From Alkalispirochaeta sp. (GTDB lineage: Bacteria > Spirochaetota > Spirochaetia > DSM-27196 > Alkalispirochaetaceae), in the NCBI GenBank assembly GCA_965601925.1, contig OZ271854.1:3040001-3104000 (forward strand): a stretch of 64,000 bases of DNA. Reading direction: 5' to 3'. Both the position numbers and the translations under genes were made by a program. The notes beneath the pieces are model-generated. The model saw only the letters and a program-made list of their open reading frames with translations. It was not told the DNA's origin and ran no database searches. Below are positions 1 through 9,895 of the stretch, in pieces. Each line of letters opens with the position of its first letter. Position 1 is the stretch's first letter.

Positions 1-1857
1 CAGCGGGCGCTCCAGACCGTCGGTCACAACTTGACGAACGCCTCTACCGAGGGCTATAGCCGCCAACGGGTCCATCTCGAGGCTACCCCTCCGATTTATC
101 GGCCTCAACTCAACCGTGCCGAAACGCCGGGACAGATCGGCCAGGGCGTCGACATTGCGCGAATCGAGCGCGTCAGAGACGGTCTTCTGGAGCGTCGTAT
201 CATCACCGCTTCGGGCGATCAGAGTTACTGGGAGACGCGCGACCGCTACATCCTCCAGATGGAACAGGTGTACAACGAGGTCGGCGAATCCTCAGTCCGT
301 AATCTTATGGATCGCTTCTGGGACGGATGGCAGGAGTTGTCGCTCTATCCCGAACAGCGCGCCGCCCGAGAGGCGGTCCTACAGCGTGGCGAGGCGCTCG
401 TGGAGGGTATCCGCCTGCGTTATAACAACCTCGACCGCATCCGCGCCATGGTGGAAGAGGAGATCCAAGGGAACGTCCATCAGGCCAACACGTTGATCCG
501 CGACATCGCGGCGCTCAACGAGGAGATCACCAACGTGAAGGCCGCAGGAGACAGTCCCAACGATCTGTTGGATCGACGAGACTTGTTGGTCGAGCGTCTC
601 TCACAACACCTCGATATTACCGTCGACGATCGTGATCCCGATGAGTTCAGCGTTTACACCGCCGGATTCCACATCGTACAGGGACGTATATCGCGCCCGT
701 TCGACATCGAGCCCAATCGTCTCAACGAGGGATACAGCGAGGTCGTGTGGCGCCATAACAGCGAAGAGGCGGTACGGTTTCGCGGCGGCACGCTCGGCGC
801 GTTGCAGGAGTTGCGAGATGCGGATCTGCGGACCGAGATTCAGGCGCTCGACACGATGACGATAAACGTCGTAGACCTCGTGAATGAGATCCACCGCGAC
901 GGATACGGTATCAACGGTCGCACCGGACGGGACTTTTTCGTAGAGTATCCGGCGATTCTCAACGCCCAGGGCAATTACGACCGCGACCAGGACGGTGAGT
1001 TCGACTCCAGCTTCATCTTTCGTATCAACGGTTCCAACCGCCTCGAACTTCAAGCGCAGGTAGGGCTCGAAGGTGTGATACGACTGTCGGCGGGAAGTGA
1101 AATCGTCGACGGCGGCATCCTCGAGGTGCCGTACCGAGCCGTAGACACCGTCGAGGACATTATCGCACGCATCAATAACGCGGGAGCCGACGTAACGGCA
1201 CGTCTCGACCGCGAGGGGCGTATCGAGTTTAAGGCGACGACGTCTCGCGACCTCGATCAGCCCGACTTCGTGCTCCGGCACGTCGAAGACAGCGGCCAGT
1301 TCCTGACCGGGTACGCCGGTCTCCTGGCGGAAAGCGGCGAGGAGGGCGCCTTTCGGTGGGATCAACAGGACGCGATTCTGGCGTTGCGCGGCGAGACCGC
1401 CACGCGCGAGGGGGCCGGGTTCGCCGTGGCGCCTCTGTTGCACCCCTCGGGGTGGATGGAGGTCAATCCCGAAATTGTGCGTGAACCGACCTCGATCGCC
1501 GGCTCCTTTTCCGTCGTCGGCGAGCCCGGAGAGACCGGTGACGGTCGCGCCGCCGGCGCGATTGCGGCAATACGAAACTCGCCGGTAGGGATCGGACGCG
1601 TCGAGTCGCTCGACGACTACTTTGCCGATACGGTGGCGCGAATCGGTCTCAAGGGCGAGGAGTCGGAGTTGGCTCTCAGCACTTCGGAACGCATATTGAA
1701 GGATCTCACCGACCTGCGCCAGTCGATAAGCGGCGTCAATCTCGACGAAGAGTTGGCGGAGATGATCAAATTTCAACACGGGTATCAGGCGGCGGCGCGA
1801 TTTATATCCAACGTCAACCAGATGCTCGATACCATCATAAACAGGATGGGAGTGTAG
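1..1857 (+). CDS. flgK: Flagellar hook-associated protein FlgK (5' end truncated by window)
   Basis: Frame open from base 1 (QRALQTVGHNLTNASTEGYSRQRV, FlgK N-terminal motif); C-terminal SISGVNLDEELAEMIKFQHGYQAAAR; precedes flgL. Confidence 0.95.
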   Translation, partial: QRALQTVGHNLTNASTEGYSRQRVHLEATPPIYRPQLNRAETPGQIGQGVDIARIERVRDGLLERRIITASGDQSYWETRDRYILQMEQVYNEVGESSVRNLMDRFWDGWQELSLYPEQRAAREAVLQRGEALVEGIRLRYNNLDRIRAMVEEEIQGNVHQANTLIRDIAALNEEITNVKAAGDSPNDLLDRRDLLVERLSQHLDITVDDRDPDEFSVYTAGFHIVQGRISRPFDIEPNRLNEGYSEVVWRHNSEEAVRFRGGTLGALQELRDADLRTEIQALDTMTINVVDLVNEIHRDGYGINGRTGRDFFVEYPAILNAQGNYDRDQDGEFDSSFIFRINGSNRLELQAQVGLEGVIRLSAGSEIVDGGILEVPYRAVDTVEDIIARINNAGADVTARLDREGRIEFKATTSRDLDQPDFVLRHVEDSGQFLTGYAGLLAESGEEGAFRWDQQDAILALRGETATREGAGFAVAPLLHPSGWMEVNPEIVREPTSIAGSFSVVGEPGETGDGRAAGAIAAIRNSPVGIGRVESLDDYFADTVARIGLKGEESELALSTSERILKDLTDLRQSISGVNLDEELAEMIKFQHGYQAAARFISNVNQMLDTIINRMGV

Positions 1858-1864
1858 GGACCGG

Positions 1865-3112
1865 ATGGACCGTATAAGCACCAATTTACCGAACGACAAC
1901 ATGCAGTTTTATCTGCGTGAACGTCAGGACATGATGACGCAGATTCAGAATCAGATGGCTTCGCAGACACGTATTCAGAATCTGCGTGACGATCCCTTAG
2001 CGGCGGCGCACGCTACGCGGTATCGCTCCTACACCGTGCGCCTACAACGGTTCAGCGAAAATATCGAGACGATTCGCGACCGTAATCGAATCGCCGAGGG
2101 CTATGTGCAGGAAGCGAACGGCCTCCTCCAGCGGGCACGCGAGCTGGCGGTCCAAGGGGCGCACGGAACCTATGCGCCGGAAGATCTTCGGTACATGGCG
2201 ACGGAGGTCGACGAGATTCTCAAGCAGATGGTGGAGGTCGCCAACGCCCGTGACTCCGACGGAACGACGATCTTCTCCGGCGACAGAACGCAACAGCTGC
2301 CCTTTCGAGCTTTGACCGGTATCAGGTCCGCCGGAGAGCGCGAGTTGATCACCGACATTCAGTATCGCGGTACGATCAATCTTCAGTCGGCGGAAGTTGC
2401 CGAGCAATCCTTTATCCCGACCAACTTTCCGGGAAATCGAGTCTTCTGGGCGGAGAGCGAGCAGATTCAATCCCGCGTCGACGCCCAGGATTACCAGGTC
2501 AATCAGGACGGCTCGATTCATATTAACGGGGTCGAGATCGAACTACGTGAGGGCGATACCGCATTTTCTATCATCCAGAAGGTCAACGAGTCCGGCTCGG
2601 CGGTGCGGGCGAGCTTCGATCCGGTCTATTCGAGCGTCGTCCTGCAGGGCACGACGCCGGGTCAGTTGTGGCTCCAAGACGGCCCCAACTCCTCGACGCT
2701 CCAAGACCTCGGACTCGTCGTATCCGCCGATGCGCACCCGCCGCAGAACATCGCCCCGTCGGCGGTGCACAGCGGGAGCTCGGTATTCGACACCTTGATT
2801 ACCCTGAGAGATCAACTCGCCGCCGGCGACCAAGAGGCGATCGGGAGTCGCGGTATTTACGGACTCGACCTCGCCATCGATACGATGGCGGCCACCCTGG
2901 GGCGCCTCGGCGCGGTCGACGCGAGACTCGCCGGAACGTTCGAGCGTACGGAGATGGAGATCCCCGAGGTGATGGCCCAGGACTCCCGCAACACCGACAT
3001 AGACTTTGCCGAGGCGATTATCGACTTGCGACTGTTGGAGACGACGCATCGCGCCGCGCTCGGCGTGTCGGCGCGTATTATTCAGCCGACACTGCTCGAT
3101 TTTCTGAGATAA
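1865..3112 (+). CDS. flgL: Flagellar hook-associated protein FlgL
   Basis: Flagellin-like N-terminus (RISTN...DDPLAA, RARELAVQGAHGT), C-terminal IIQPTLLDFLR; follows flgK. Confidence 0.93.
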   Translation: MDRISTNLPNDNMQFYLRERQDMMTQIQNQMASQTRIQNLRDDPLAAAHATRYRSYTVRLQRFSENIETIRDRNRIAEGYVQEANGLLQRARELAVQGAHGTYAPEDLRYMATEVDEILKQMVEVANARDSDGTTIFSGDRTQQLPFRALTGIRSAGERELITDIQYRGTINLQSAEVAEQSFIPTNFPGNRVFWAESEQIQSRVDAQDYQVNQDGSIHINGVEIELREGDTAFSIIQKVNESGSAVRASFDPVYSSVVLQGTTPGQLWLQDGPNSSTLQDLGLVVSADAHPPQNIAPSAVHSGSSVFDTLITLRDQLAAGDQEAIGSRGIYGLDLAIDTMAATLGRLGAVDARLAGTFERTEMEIPEVMAQDSRNTDIDFAEAIIDLRLLETTHRAALGVSARIIQPTLLDFLR

Positions 3113-3134
3113 GCGAGGACGGGAGCTTCGTACT

Positions 3135-3572
3135 ATGGTGAGGCGCATTACGACGAAGGCGTACGGTGAAGTGGAGATCCAGGAGCAGCAGGTCGTACAG
3201 TTTCCCCGAGGAATTTTCGGATTCGGCCACATCCACGAGTACGCGTTGCTCGACTCGGCGACGCCGCCGTTCTATTGGCTTCAGAGTACGACGGACCGGG
3301 ACCTCGCCTTCGTACTGATCAATCCGTACATCGTTGCCGAGGATTACGTACTTGACATCGCTACCGAGGATCTCGAGGCGGTCGGGTCCCCCGAGCCCGA
3401 CGATTTATTGGTGTTTGCGATCGTGACGATTCCCCCGGAGCGTCACAAGATGAGTTGTAATCTTCAAGGGCCGCTCATCATCAACCGTCGCAACCGTATC
3501 GCCCTCCAGGCGATCTCTCTCGATCAACGGTGGAGGATAAAACACTATCTCTTTACCGGGGAAGGGGAGTAG
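3135..3572 (+). CDS. fliW: Flagellar assembly factor FliW
   Basis: [22 protein letters not shown] and NLQGPLIIN motifs; adjacent to csrA. Confidence 0.95.
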   Translation: MVRRITTKAYGEVEIQEQQVVQFPRGIFGFGHIHEYALLDSATPPFYWLQSTTDRDLAFVLINPYIVAEDYVLDIATEDLEAVGSPEPDDLLVFAIVTIPPERHKMSCNLQGPLIINRRNRIALQAISLDQRWRIKHYLFTGEGE

Positions 3573-3576
3573 GACG

Positions 3577-3846
3577 GTGCTGATACTCAGCCGCAAGGTC
3601 AACGAGCGTATCGTTATCGGAGACGATATCGAGGTCTCGGTCGTCGAGATCCGCGGCGATCAAGTGAAGCTGGGAATCGTTGCCCCTCGAAGCGTCAAGG
3701 TCTATCGGCGAGAGGTCTTCGACGCGATCCAGGAGGAGAATCGGGCCGCTGCCCGTGAATCTACCGTCGATCTCCCCGATCTATCGGATCTCTTTTCCTC
3801 CGGCACGGCGCCCGACGAACAAGACGACGGTCCCCCCTCCGAGTAG
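3577..3846 (+). CDS. csrA: Carbon storage regulator CsrA with C-terminal extension (FliW-regulated type)
   Basis: GTG start; [18 protein letters not shown]...[19 protein letters not shown]-terminal EENRAA helix. Confidence 0.96.
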   Translation: MLILSRKVNERIVIGDDIEVSVVEIRGDQVKLGIVAPRSVKVYRREVFDAIQEENRAAARESTVDLPDLSDLFSSGTAPDEQDDGPPSE

Positions 3847-3879
3847 CGATCGGTGGGTTCGACACCGTGCATACCGATG

Positions 3880-4698
3880 CTATCTCTTCGTATCGCCGTG
3901 CGGCGTCTCTTTGAACACCGGTCGAGGACGTCGCGAGCCGATGTCGCCTTCCCGCAGATAGAACGGCCCATGATACGCATCGTCGACGATTCCATCACGC
4001 AGGAGCTGACTTCCCCGTAGTGCTACACCGACGACGGCGGAGCCTCCGGCCGCCCGCGCCGCCGCGGCGCCCCACGACGGGCCGAGCTCACGAGAGTGCG
4101 GCCCGGGGGCGCACCACGGCTCGCCGTGCACATCACGCGCCTCCTCGACCATGGTGAGGAGCTCCGGCGCGGAGATGTCGCGGTCCTCGGTGATGCGCAG
4201 CACGGAGAGGTAGTCATTCGGCGACGCTGCGCGGAAGGCCGCGGTATAGAAACGCCGTTTACGCGCATCGAGGACCGGTACGATCAGCGACGCCCACGAG
4301 GTCTTTGTTTCTTCCGTATCGTGATCGTCCGTTCCCGCGTCGCCTCGCATATCGCCCGTCGGCGCCGTGCGTGAGCGCAGAAAGAGTTCGGTAATCGCCC
4401 ACGCCTCCAAGGTACGCACCGATACGACCGCCGCGTCGTGGGCGAGGGCGATCGCCTTTGCGGCCGCCATACCGACGCGCAGACCCGTGAAACTCCCGGG
4501 ACCCTCGGCGACCGCCACGGCCTCCACATCGACGTCTCTCCATTCGCACCGTCTCATGAGTGTGTCCAACAGTGGAACGATAGTTTCGACGTGCCGCGAG
4601 GCCTCAGGCTCCTCGACGTGATCGACAATTTCACCGTCTGCGAGTGCGGCCAGTCCGAGCGTCGGGCCCGAGGACTCAATCGCCAGCAGTCGTCGCAT
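3880..4698 (-). CDS. tsaB: tRNA threonylcarbamoyladenosine biosynthesis protein TsaB
   Basis: LLAIESS, GPGSFTGLRVG and LDARK motifs; overlaps tsaE. Confidence 0.92.
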   Translation of the reverse strand: MRRLLAIESSGPTLGLAALADGEIVDHVEEPEASRHVETIVPLLDTLMRRCEWRDVDVEAVAVAEGPGSFTGLRVGMAAAKAIALAHDAAVVSVRTLEAWAITELFLRSRTAPTGDMRGDAGTDDHDTEETKTSWASLIVPVLDARKRRFYTAAFRAASPNDYLSVLRITEDRDISAPELLTMVEEARDVHGEPWCAPGPHSRELGPSWGAAAARAAGGSAVVGVALRGSQLLRDGIVDDAYHGPFYLREGDIGSRRPRPVFKETPHGDTKR

Positions 4699-5110
4699 CG
4701 TCTCTCCAGGTAATGGTGATCGTTCTTCCGTCGGGATCTTCGTGTTTCAGAGCAAATGAAATGATGACGTGAGCCTCTTTCAAGAGATTCGGTGCGCGCT
4801 CCGGCCACTCTACGAGCGAGATGGAGCGGTCCATCTCCTCCTCGATGCCCAGCATGGTGAACTCCGCCTCGTCGGCGATGCGATAGAGATCGATGTGCAA
4901 CACCGGAAGGCGCCCGACGTAGTCCTCCACCAAAGTATAACTGGGGCTCGGCATGCGGTCCTGCACACCCAAAGCGCGGGCGATCCCTCTGGCAAGCACG
5001 CTCTTGCCGGTTCCAAGCTCCCCGGAGAGGCACACGATCGAACCGGGTGCAAGTCGTGAGGCGATCGACAACCCGAGCGCTTCGGTCTCTTCGGGAGAGC
5101 GAGTCTGCAT
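4676..5110 (-). CDS. tsaE: tRNA threonylcarbamoyladenosine biosynthesis ATPase TsaE
   Basis: GELGTGKS P-loop, SPSYTL, HIDLYRI, VEWPE; start uncertain (ATG 5110 or GTG 5143). Confidence 0.92.
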   Translation of the reverse strand: MQTRSPEETEALGLSIASRLAPGSIVCLSGELGTGKSVLARGIARALGVQDRMPSPSYTLVEDYVGRLPVLHIDLYRIADEAEFTMLGIEEEMDRSISLVEWPERAPNLLKEAHVIISFALKHEDPDGRTITITWRDDATTAGD

Positions 5111-5123
5111 AGTACCGTCGGAA

Positions 5124-5387
5124 TCAGGGAAGCTGTCCGTCACGGTCCAGGTTCTTAATGAATTCTTTGAGAAGTTTGATCGCCGGTACCAGCGGATACT
5201 CCGTCGTTTCCAAAAAATTGACCGAGACCTCGTGGTTTCCGAAGGGGGACATTTCCAAAGCAAACTCTATGCGGGACCTCGACGTCATGCGTTGACCGAT
5301 CGCAAGCATCACCGTGCCCCGGTACATTCGTCGATAATCAATGGCCAGCGGCACTCGTTCGATGTTTTCTATAGTATCGACTTTCAT
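5124..5387 (-). CDS. Small hypothetical protein (87 aa)
   Basis: ORF fills the gap co-directionally; ATG 5387 chosen because a sigma70-like promoter lies at 5404-5432. Confidence 0.65.
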   Translation of the reverse strand: MKVDTIENIERVPLAIDYRRMYRGTVMLAIGQRMTSRSRIEFALEMSPFGNHEVSVNFLETTEYPLVPAIKLLKEFIKNLDRDGQLP

Positions 5388-5403
5388 GAACTTACTAGTA
5401 GAG

Positions 5404-5432
5404 AGTGTAGTGGAGCGATTGGTCTTTGACAA
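5404..5432 (-). promoter_or_regulatory. Sigma70-like promoter for hypothetical-tsaE-tsaB
   Basis: Minus strand TTGTCA-17 nt-TACACT. Confidence 0.55.
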
Positions 5433-6308
5433 TCATACGCGTGTCAGCTGCCGGGTAAGCATGGCGCTGAGATTGGAAAAATGGGGTAGGAGCTCATACT
5501 CCAAAAGATCACCTACCAAAACCAAGTCTTGATCGTGCATGGCCGACTCCAGCTCGAGAAATAGACCGTTGAGTGCGGGAATGACGTCCGACAAAGTGCC
5601 GTCTCCGACCTTCGCGTCGTAGAGCGGCGGTCGAGTCTCGATCAACAGCGGTATGATTCTCAGCATTCGTGAGGCCAGCTCCGAGAATCGCGCCACCGCC
5701 GCCATAGCCGTGCGTTGTTGACCCGTTTGGAGCTGCGTCGGTACCTCTTCAAAGGCGGGTAGTACCGCATCCAGCGCCGAGATCGTCGCGCGCATCTCAT
5801 GCTCAGGGTCCAACAGCTCTCGCTGGCGCTGCTCCAAGAGCGGGGCCAGTTCTTCGGCTCGGCGCGCCGCGAGTTTCCTCGTGGTGGGATCCGAAAGATC
5901 GGCGCCTTCCCGCACCGGTTCGTCCAGGAGGCCTCCCAGATCGGGTGCAATGCGTTCGATTCCGCCGGTCACAAAGGGCAACTCCTCCATCACCGAGGCG
6001 ATCTGATCGGCATTTCCCTCCGTCATAACGCGTCGAAAGAGGTCTACGTACGTCATAATCGTCTCCAACTGCTCCACCTCCGACTGGTGGATGCTGTGGG
6101 CACGAACGGCGATGGTATCGACGGTGGCGATCTCCATGTCGCGCCACTCCAAATCCGTATCGGAAACTCGTTTCCCGTTTACCATCGTGTACTCGACGTG
6201 GTGGCCGCTACCGTTTAACCACTGTACTACGCCGTCGTAGATCTCTCCGGCGCGCGTCTCGTCCTCCAGCTCGAACGAGATCGGTACGTCGTTGATGAGA
6301 ATTTTCAC
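5433..6308 (-). CDS. Hypothetical helical protein downstream of fliD
   Basis: 291-aa ORF, GTG start with SD-like GGGGTGGA; C-terminal DLVLVGDLLEYELLP. Confidence 0.8.
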   Translation of the reverse strand: MKILINDVPISFELEDETRAGEIYDGVVQWLNGSGHHVEYTMVNGKRVSDTDLEWRDMEIATVDTIAVRAHSIHQSEVEQLETIMTYVDLFRRVMTEGNADQIASVMEELPFVTGGIERIAPDLGGLLDEPVREGADLSDPTTRKLAARRAEELAPLLEQRQRELLDPEHEMRATISALDAVLPAFEEVPTQLQTGQQRTAMAAVARFSELASRMLRIIPLLIETRPPLYDAKVGDGTLSDVIPALNGLFLELESAMHDQDLVLVGDLLEYELLPHFSNLSAMLTRQLTRV

Positions 6309-6345
6309 GTGTCCACCCCGCCTTTCTACGTGTTTACAGAGTCTG

Positions 6346-8313
6346 TCATTGATCCGACGGTCCGCCGAGGCGATCCAGGGCTTGAGAGTTTTCCTGAAGT
6401 TGCTGCATCAAGCCCTCCATCCGTCCGAAGTCGGTACGTAACTGTTGCTCGTAGTCCTCCAAGCGTTCGTTGTACTGAGCGATCCGATCCTCGGTTTGGT
6501 CGATTCTGGTGTTGAGGCTGTCGGTCCGACCGGCGACGATGCCGCCGGTTCTCACGTACGGCGCGACGAACTGTTCCAGCGCGACGGCCACGCCGGTGTC
6601 CATCACCAAATCGCCGTCCGTATCGCGGCCGAAGAGCCGACCCATCGCTTCGAAGTTACTCGCCAACGCGTCGTCGAGAACGCTCTCGTTAATCTCGAGA
6701 TAGCCGCGTAAACGGCTTGCATCGAATCCTCCCCCGGCGCCGGAGGCGTTGGTTGAGATACCGATTTGCGCCAACACCCTGACGGGGCTATCGTTACCGG
6801 TATCGTAAGGATTCATCATGATCGTCTGCATACGAGTACGAAGCTGGTTGAGACTACTGTCTCCTTGGAAGATTCCCAACCGCTCCTGCATCGTCTCCCG
6901 CTCCGAATCGTCGAAATACTCGATTTGATCGATGAGGTCCTGGTCGGTGCGCGTATAGATATTGATATCGCGGACAACCTGGTTATAAAAACCGATAAAC
7001 TCGATGATCGAATCTTTGGCAAATTCGCGATCCGGCTGAATATCGATCTCAACCGGGTCGTCCGAGGCGCGACGCAGATTGAGCGTTACACCGGGAATAA
7101 GGTCGTCGATCTCGTTGGAGCTGCGCTGAATCTCAATGCCGCTGTATAGAATCCGCGCATCCCGCGCCGTGTCGAGCGCGTTGCGCGGCGCGCTGTCTCC
7201 GCGTTGCGTCGGGTCCAGGATCTCGATGTTCCGAACTTCGATCGCGCGATCGCTGTTGCGATTGTAAAACGCGAAGCCGGTAGTACTGCTCACCAGATCG
7301 GCCGCGGCGATCTCCACCGTCTGAAAGGCGGCGCTTTCCGGGAGTGGGGGCAGGCTCTGATTGACTCCACCGCCGACGATACTCATGGCACGGTTGTCTT
7401 CTACGACCGGCTGCGGCGCGGGTATCTCGGGCTCGGGAATGTCGAAACCCAACCGATCGTCGGTGACCGTAACCTCACCGAATGTCACCGAACCCGGCGG
7501 GGGGAGAGTGGGGCCGGTCGGTAGAGCCTGTTCAGTCCACGGCTCACGAGCGACCTCTTCGGTCCGCGCTTCAAAACGGAGCACCATACCGGGGCGAATC
7601 GCAAAGGGCCGTTCCAAAGGTAGCTCCCGACGGCCTCCCGGCTCGAGACGCAACGGTTCGTTCTGTAGAAGGGCGACCGACTCCTCGGGACGCGCCGAGG
7701 CCAACATGCCGATCTCCTCCAGGAGAGCTACCGCGTCACCCCCAAACTCGAGGCGTGCCGCTTCTCCCTCCTGCTGACCTTCGATGACCAGTACGTGCGT
7801 ATTTGCCGTGTCGGGAACGACCGTCCCCCGCACGAGGTCCTCTACGCGACTGTTCATCTCCTCGGCGAACCGTCTGATATCGCCTCCGCCGAACCGGAAC
7901 GACCGGGTCTCGTCTCCTACGGTGAACTCGTAATACCCCGACGGAACGCGAAACTCTCGGTCGATTGAGGACGATGCGAAGCGGTCGCGGCCAGCCGTTT
8001 GTAAGACCGTGAGCTCCTCGATACCCTCTTCGGCTTGACGCGTTGCAACGGCGCCGAGGATCGACTCGTCGCTGGATGCGGCGATGCGCTCTCGGAAGGG
8101 ATTCTCGAAGCCGTACAACGTTCTGGACGTGTCTCTGAGGCGCGTGAGTGCCCGCCCCATCGATTGCCACGCCTCCCTTTGCTCCTCAAAGGTCTCGACC
8201 TGGGTCTCCATGCGGCGTACGGGAATGCGCTCCACCTCCATGAGGTCTTCGACCATTCGGGAGGTGTTGATCCCGTTGTTGTTTGAGATGCCTGGAATGG
8301 AAATGTCAGACAC
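6346..8313 (-). CDS. fliD: Flagellar filament cap protein FliD
   Basis: N-terminal IPGI...GINTSRMVEDLMEVERIP, RSSNEIDDLIPGVTLNL, C-terminal coiled coil; downstream of flaG. Confidence 0.92.
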   Translation of the reverse strand: MSDISIPGISNNNGINTSRMVEDLMEVERIPVRRMETQVETFEEQREAWQSMGRALTRLRDTSRTLYGFENPFRERIAASSDESILGAVATRQAEEGIEELTVLQTAGRDRFASSSIDREFRVPSGYYEFTVGDETRSFRFGGGDIRRFAEEMNSRVEDLVRGTVVPDTANTHVLVIEGQQEGEAARLEFGGDAVALLEEIGMLASARPEESVALLQNEPLRLEPGGRRELPLERPFAIRPGMVLRFEARTEEVAREPWTEQALPTGPTLPPPGSVTFGEVTVTDDRLGFDIPEPEIPAPQPVVEDNRAMSIVGGGVNQSLPPLPESAAFQTVEIAAADLVSSTTGFAFYNRNSDRAIEVRNIEILDPTQRGDSAPRNALDTARDARILYSGIEIQRSSNEIDDLIPGVTLNLRRASDDPVEIDIQPDREFAKDSIIEFIGFYNQVVRDINIYTRTDQDLIDQIEYFDDSERETMQERLGIFQGDSSLNQLRTRMQTIMMNPYDTGNDSPVRVLAQIGISTNASGAGGGFDASRLRGYLEINESVLDDALASNFEAMGRLFGRDTDGDLVMDTGVAVALEQFVAPYVRTGGIVAGRTDSLNTRIDQTEDRIAQYNERLEDYEQQLRTDFGRMEGLMQQLQENSQALDRLGGPSDQ

Positions 8314-8349
8314 GTCCCCTCCCGTGCCCGCATTGAGTCGGCCCGCCCG

Positions 8350-8712
8350 TTAGGCGGACTCGTCGAGCAGCAGGCCGATCGCCTCTCGAATACGAAGGTG
8401 CACCCGCTGCAACTCGCTGGGCGGCAGTTCCTTGATCACCTTATCGGTATCGCGGTCGATGACCTTGACGATCATTTGCCCGAGTTCCTCGTTGTAGTTG
8501 AAGCTCAAGCGCTTGTTGAACGCCTGAGAGACGCGGCGGAGTTCTTCGGTGTACTGACGAACCTGCTCGCGGGTGAGCTCTAAGTGCTGCTGTCGAGCCT
8601 GTTCACGTAACGCAGCCGCCTCTCGCATCTGGTTCGAGGAATCCGAACCGAGCACATCGGCGTGAACGACGGGCTGAGAGCCCTGCAAGACTTGGGTAAT
8701 CTCCATAGCCAT
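8350..8712 (-). CDS. flaG: Flagellar protein FlaG
   Basis: LSFNYNEELGQMIVKVIDRDTDKVIKELPP motif; SD GGAGG before ATG 8712. Confidence 0.92.
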   Translation of the reverse strand: MAMEITQVLQGSQPVVHADVLGSDSSNQMREAAALREQARQQHLELTREQVRQYTEELRRVSQAFNKRLSFNYNEELGQMIVKVIDRDTDKVIKELPPSELQRVHLRIREAIGLLLDESA

Positions 8713-8715
8713 ATG

Positions 8716-8729
8716 GTACCTCCATGTAC
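8716..8729 (-). promoter_or_regulatory. Putative CsrA site over the flaG SD
   Basis: Minus strand GTAC-ATGGAG-GTAC mini-hairpin with ANGGA in the loop. Confidence 0.5.
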
Positions 8730-8820
8730 ACACAGCCAGTCAGGAGGGGAGAGCGCGCGCCCCCTCCTGTGGCTGAGTGGAAGATGACGTCCAGAAATCT
8801 TCCACCATGATTGAACGGCT

Positions 8821-9675
8821 TTACCCGAGCAGCTGCAATACGGACTGCGTTTGCGTATTGGCCTGAGCCAACATCGCCGTATTCGACTGCAACAAAATCT
8901 GATTGCGAGTGTAGTCCACAACCTCTGCTGCCATGTTTGCATCACGGATAATCGACTCGGAGGCAGCCAAATTCTCCGATGCAATGGCGACGCCTTGCTG
9001 CGCAGTCTCAAAACGGTTCTGATACGCACCCAAGTCCGCGCGTTGCCGCGAGACTCGTCTGAGCGCCGAATCGATAACGCCGATCGCCGTGTTGGCCGAT
9101 TCGGGGGTCGAAATACTAACGATTCCTTCCACTCCTTGAGCGTTCTCGATACCAAGCGCCTGGGCGGTCATCGTTCCAATGAACATCTGCTCGTTCTGAT
9201 CCATGTTCGCTCCGACCTGGAACTGCATGATCTGTCCGACCGCACTGTCCTGAGCGAAAGCTCCGGTCAGGATGTTCATTCCGTTAAACTGTGCATGGGA
9301 GGCGATACGATTGATCTCGTCGACGAGCTGCGAAACCTCGACCTGGATCTGCATACGATCCTCGGCGGTGTAGATTCCGTTTGCCGATTGAACGGCAAGC
9401 TCTCGTAGGCGCTGCAAAATATCCTGCGACGTCTGGAGATATCCTTCGGTGGTCTGAATGAACGACACCGCATTCTGGATATTCCGCTCCGCCTGATTGA
9501 GACCGCGTACCTGACTGCGAAGCTTTTCGCTTACCGCAAGCCCGCTCGCATCGTCTCCGGCGCGGTTGATGCGTTGACCGGAACTGAGCGACTCGATGTT
9601 CTGCGTTACCGCCGAATTACGAGTACCCAAGGTCCGATTGGCAAACGCCGCGCTCGCATTGTGATTGATGATCAT
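8821..9675 (-). CDS. flaB: Periplasmic flagellar core flagellin FlaB (second copy, 284 aa)
   Basis: MIINHN start after [42 protein letters not shown]. Confidence 0.97.
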   Translation of the reverse strand: MIINHNASAAFANRTLGTRNSAVTQNIESLSSGQRINRAGDDASGLAVSEKLRSQVRGLNQAERNIQNAVSFIQTTEGYLQTSQDILQRLRELAVQSANGIYTAEDRMQIQVEVSQLVDEINRIASHAQFNGMNILTGAFAQDSAVGQIMQFQVGANMDQNEQMFIGTMTAQALGIENAQGVEGIVSISTPESANTAIGVIDSALRRVSRQRADLGAYQNRFETAQQGVAIASENLAASESIIRDANMAAEVVDYTRNQILLQSNTAMLAQANTQTQSVLQLLG

Positions 9676-9785
9676 GTGATCCTCCTTGATACGTGTTAAC
9701 CGGCAATCATTGCCGGAACCCTCACGACGAAGGGGGTCGAAGGAGTCCTTGCGCGCTTCCTCCGAACCGTTCTCCCCGCACATGA

Positions 9786-9824
9786 AGGGATACGCCCGAC
9801 TCATCCGTGAGCCGGGCTATCCCT
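9786..9824 (-). promoter_or_regulatory. Long intercistronic hairpin with CsrA-consensus loop
   Basis: Minus strand AGGGATA-GCCCGGCTCA-CGGA-TGAGTCGGGC-G-TATCCCT; apex CACGGAUG. Confidence 0.65.
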
Positions 9825-9895
9825 GCTTGCTCGTCGTCAAGCTGGATCACACACTGTCAAAGATCATTCACTCGGTTAGAGTAAAAGGTACTACG

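Noticed and set aside
601..1902. 433-aa antisense ORF over flgK, and similar long antisense or alternate-frame ORFs (e.g. 20234-21082, 40157-41179, 59840-60772)
   Set aside because: Shadow ORFs typical of high-GC codon bias; no motifs, and each is overlapped by a well-supported gene
9845..9860. TTGACA in the flaB-flaB spacer as an internal promoter
   Set aside because: No TANNNT hexamer at 16-19 nt spacing
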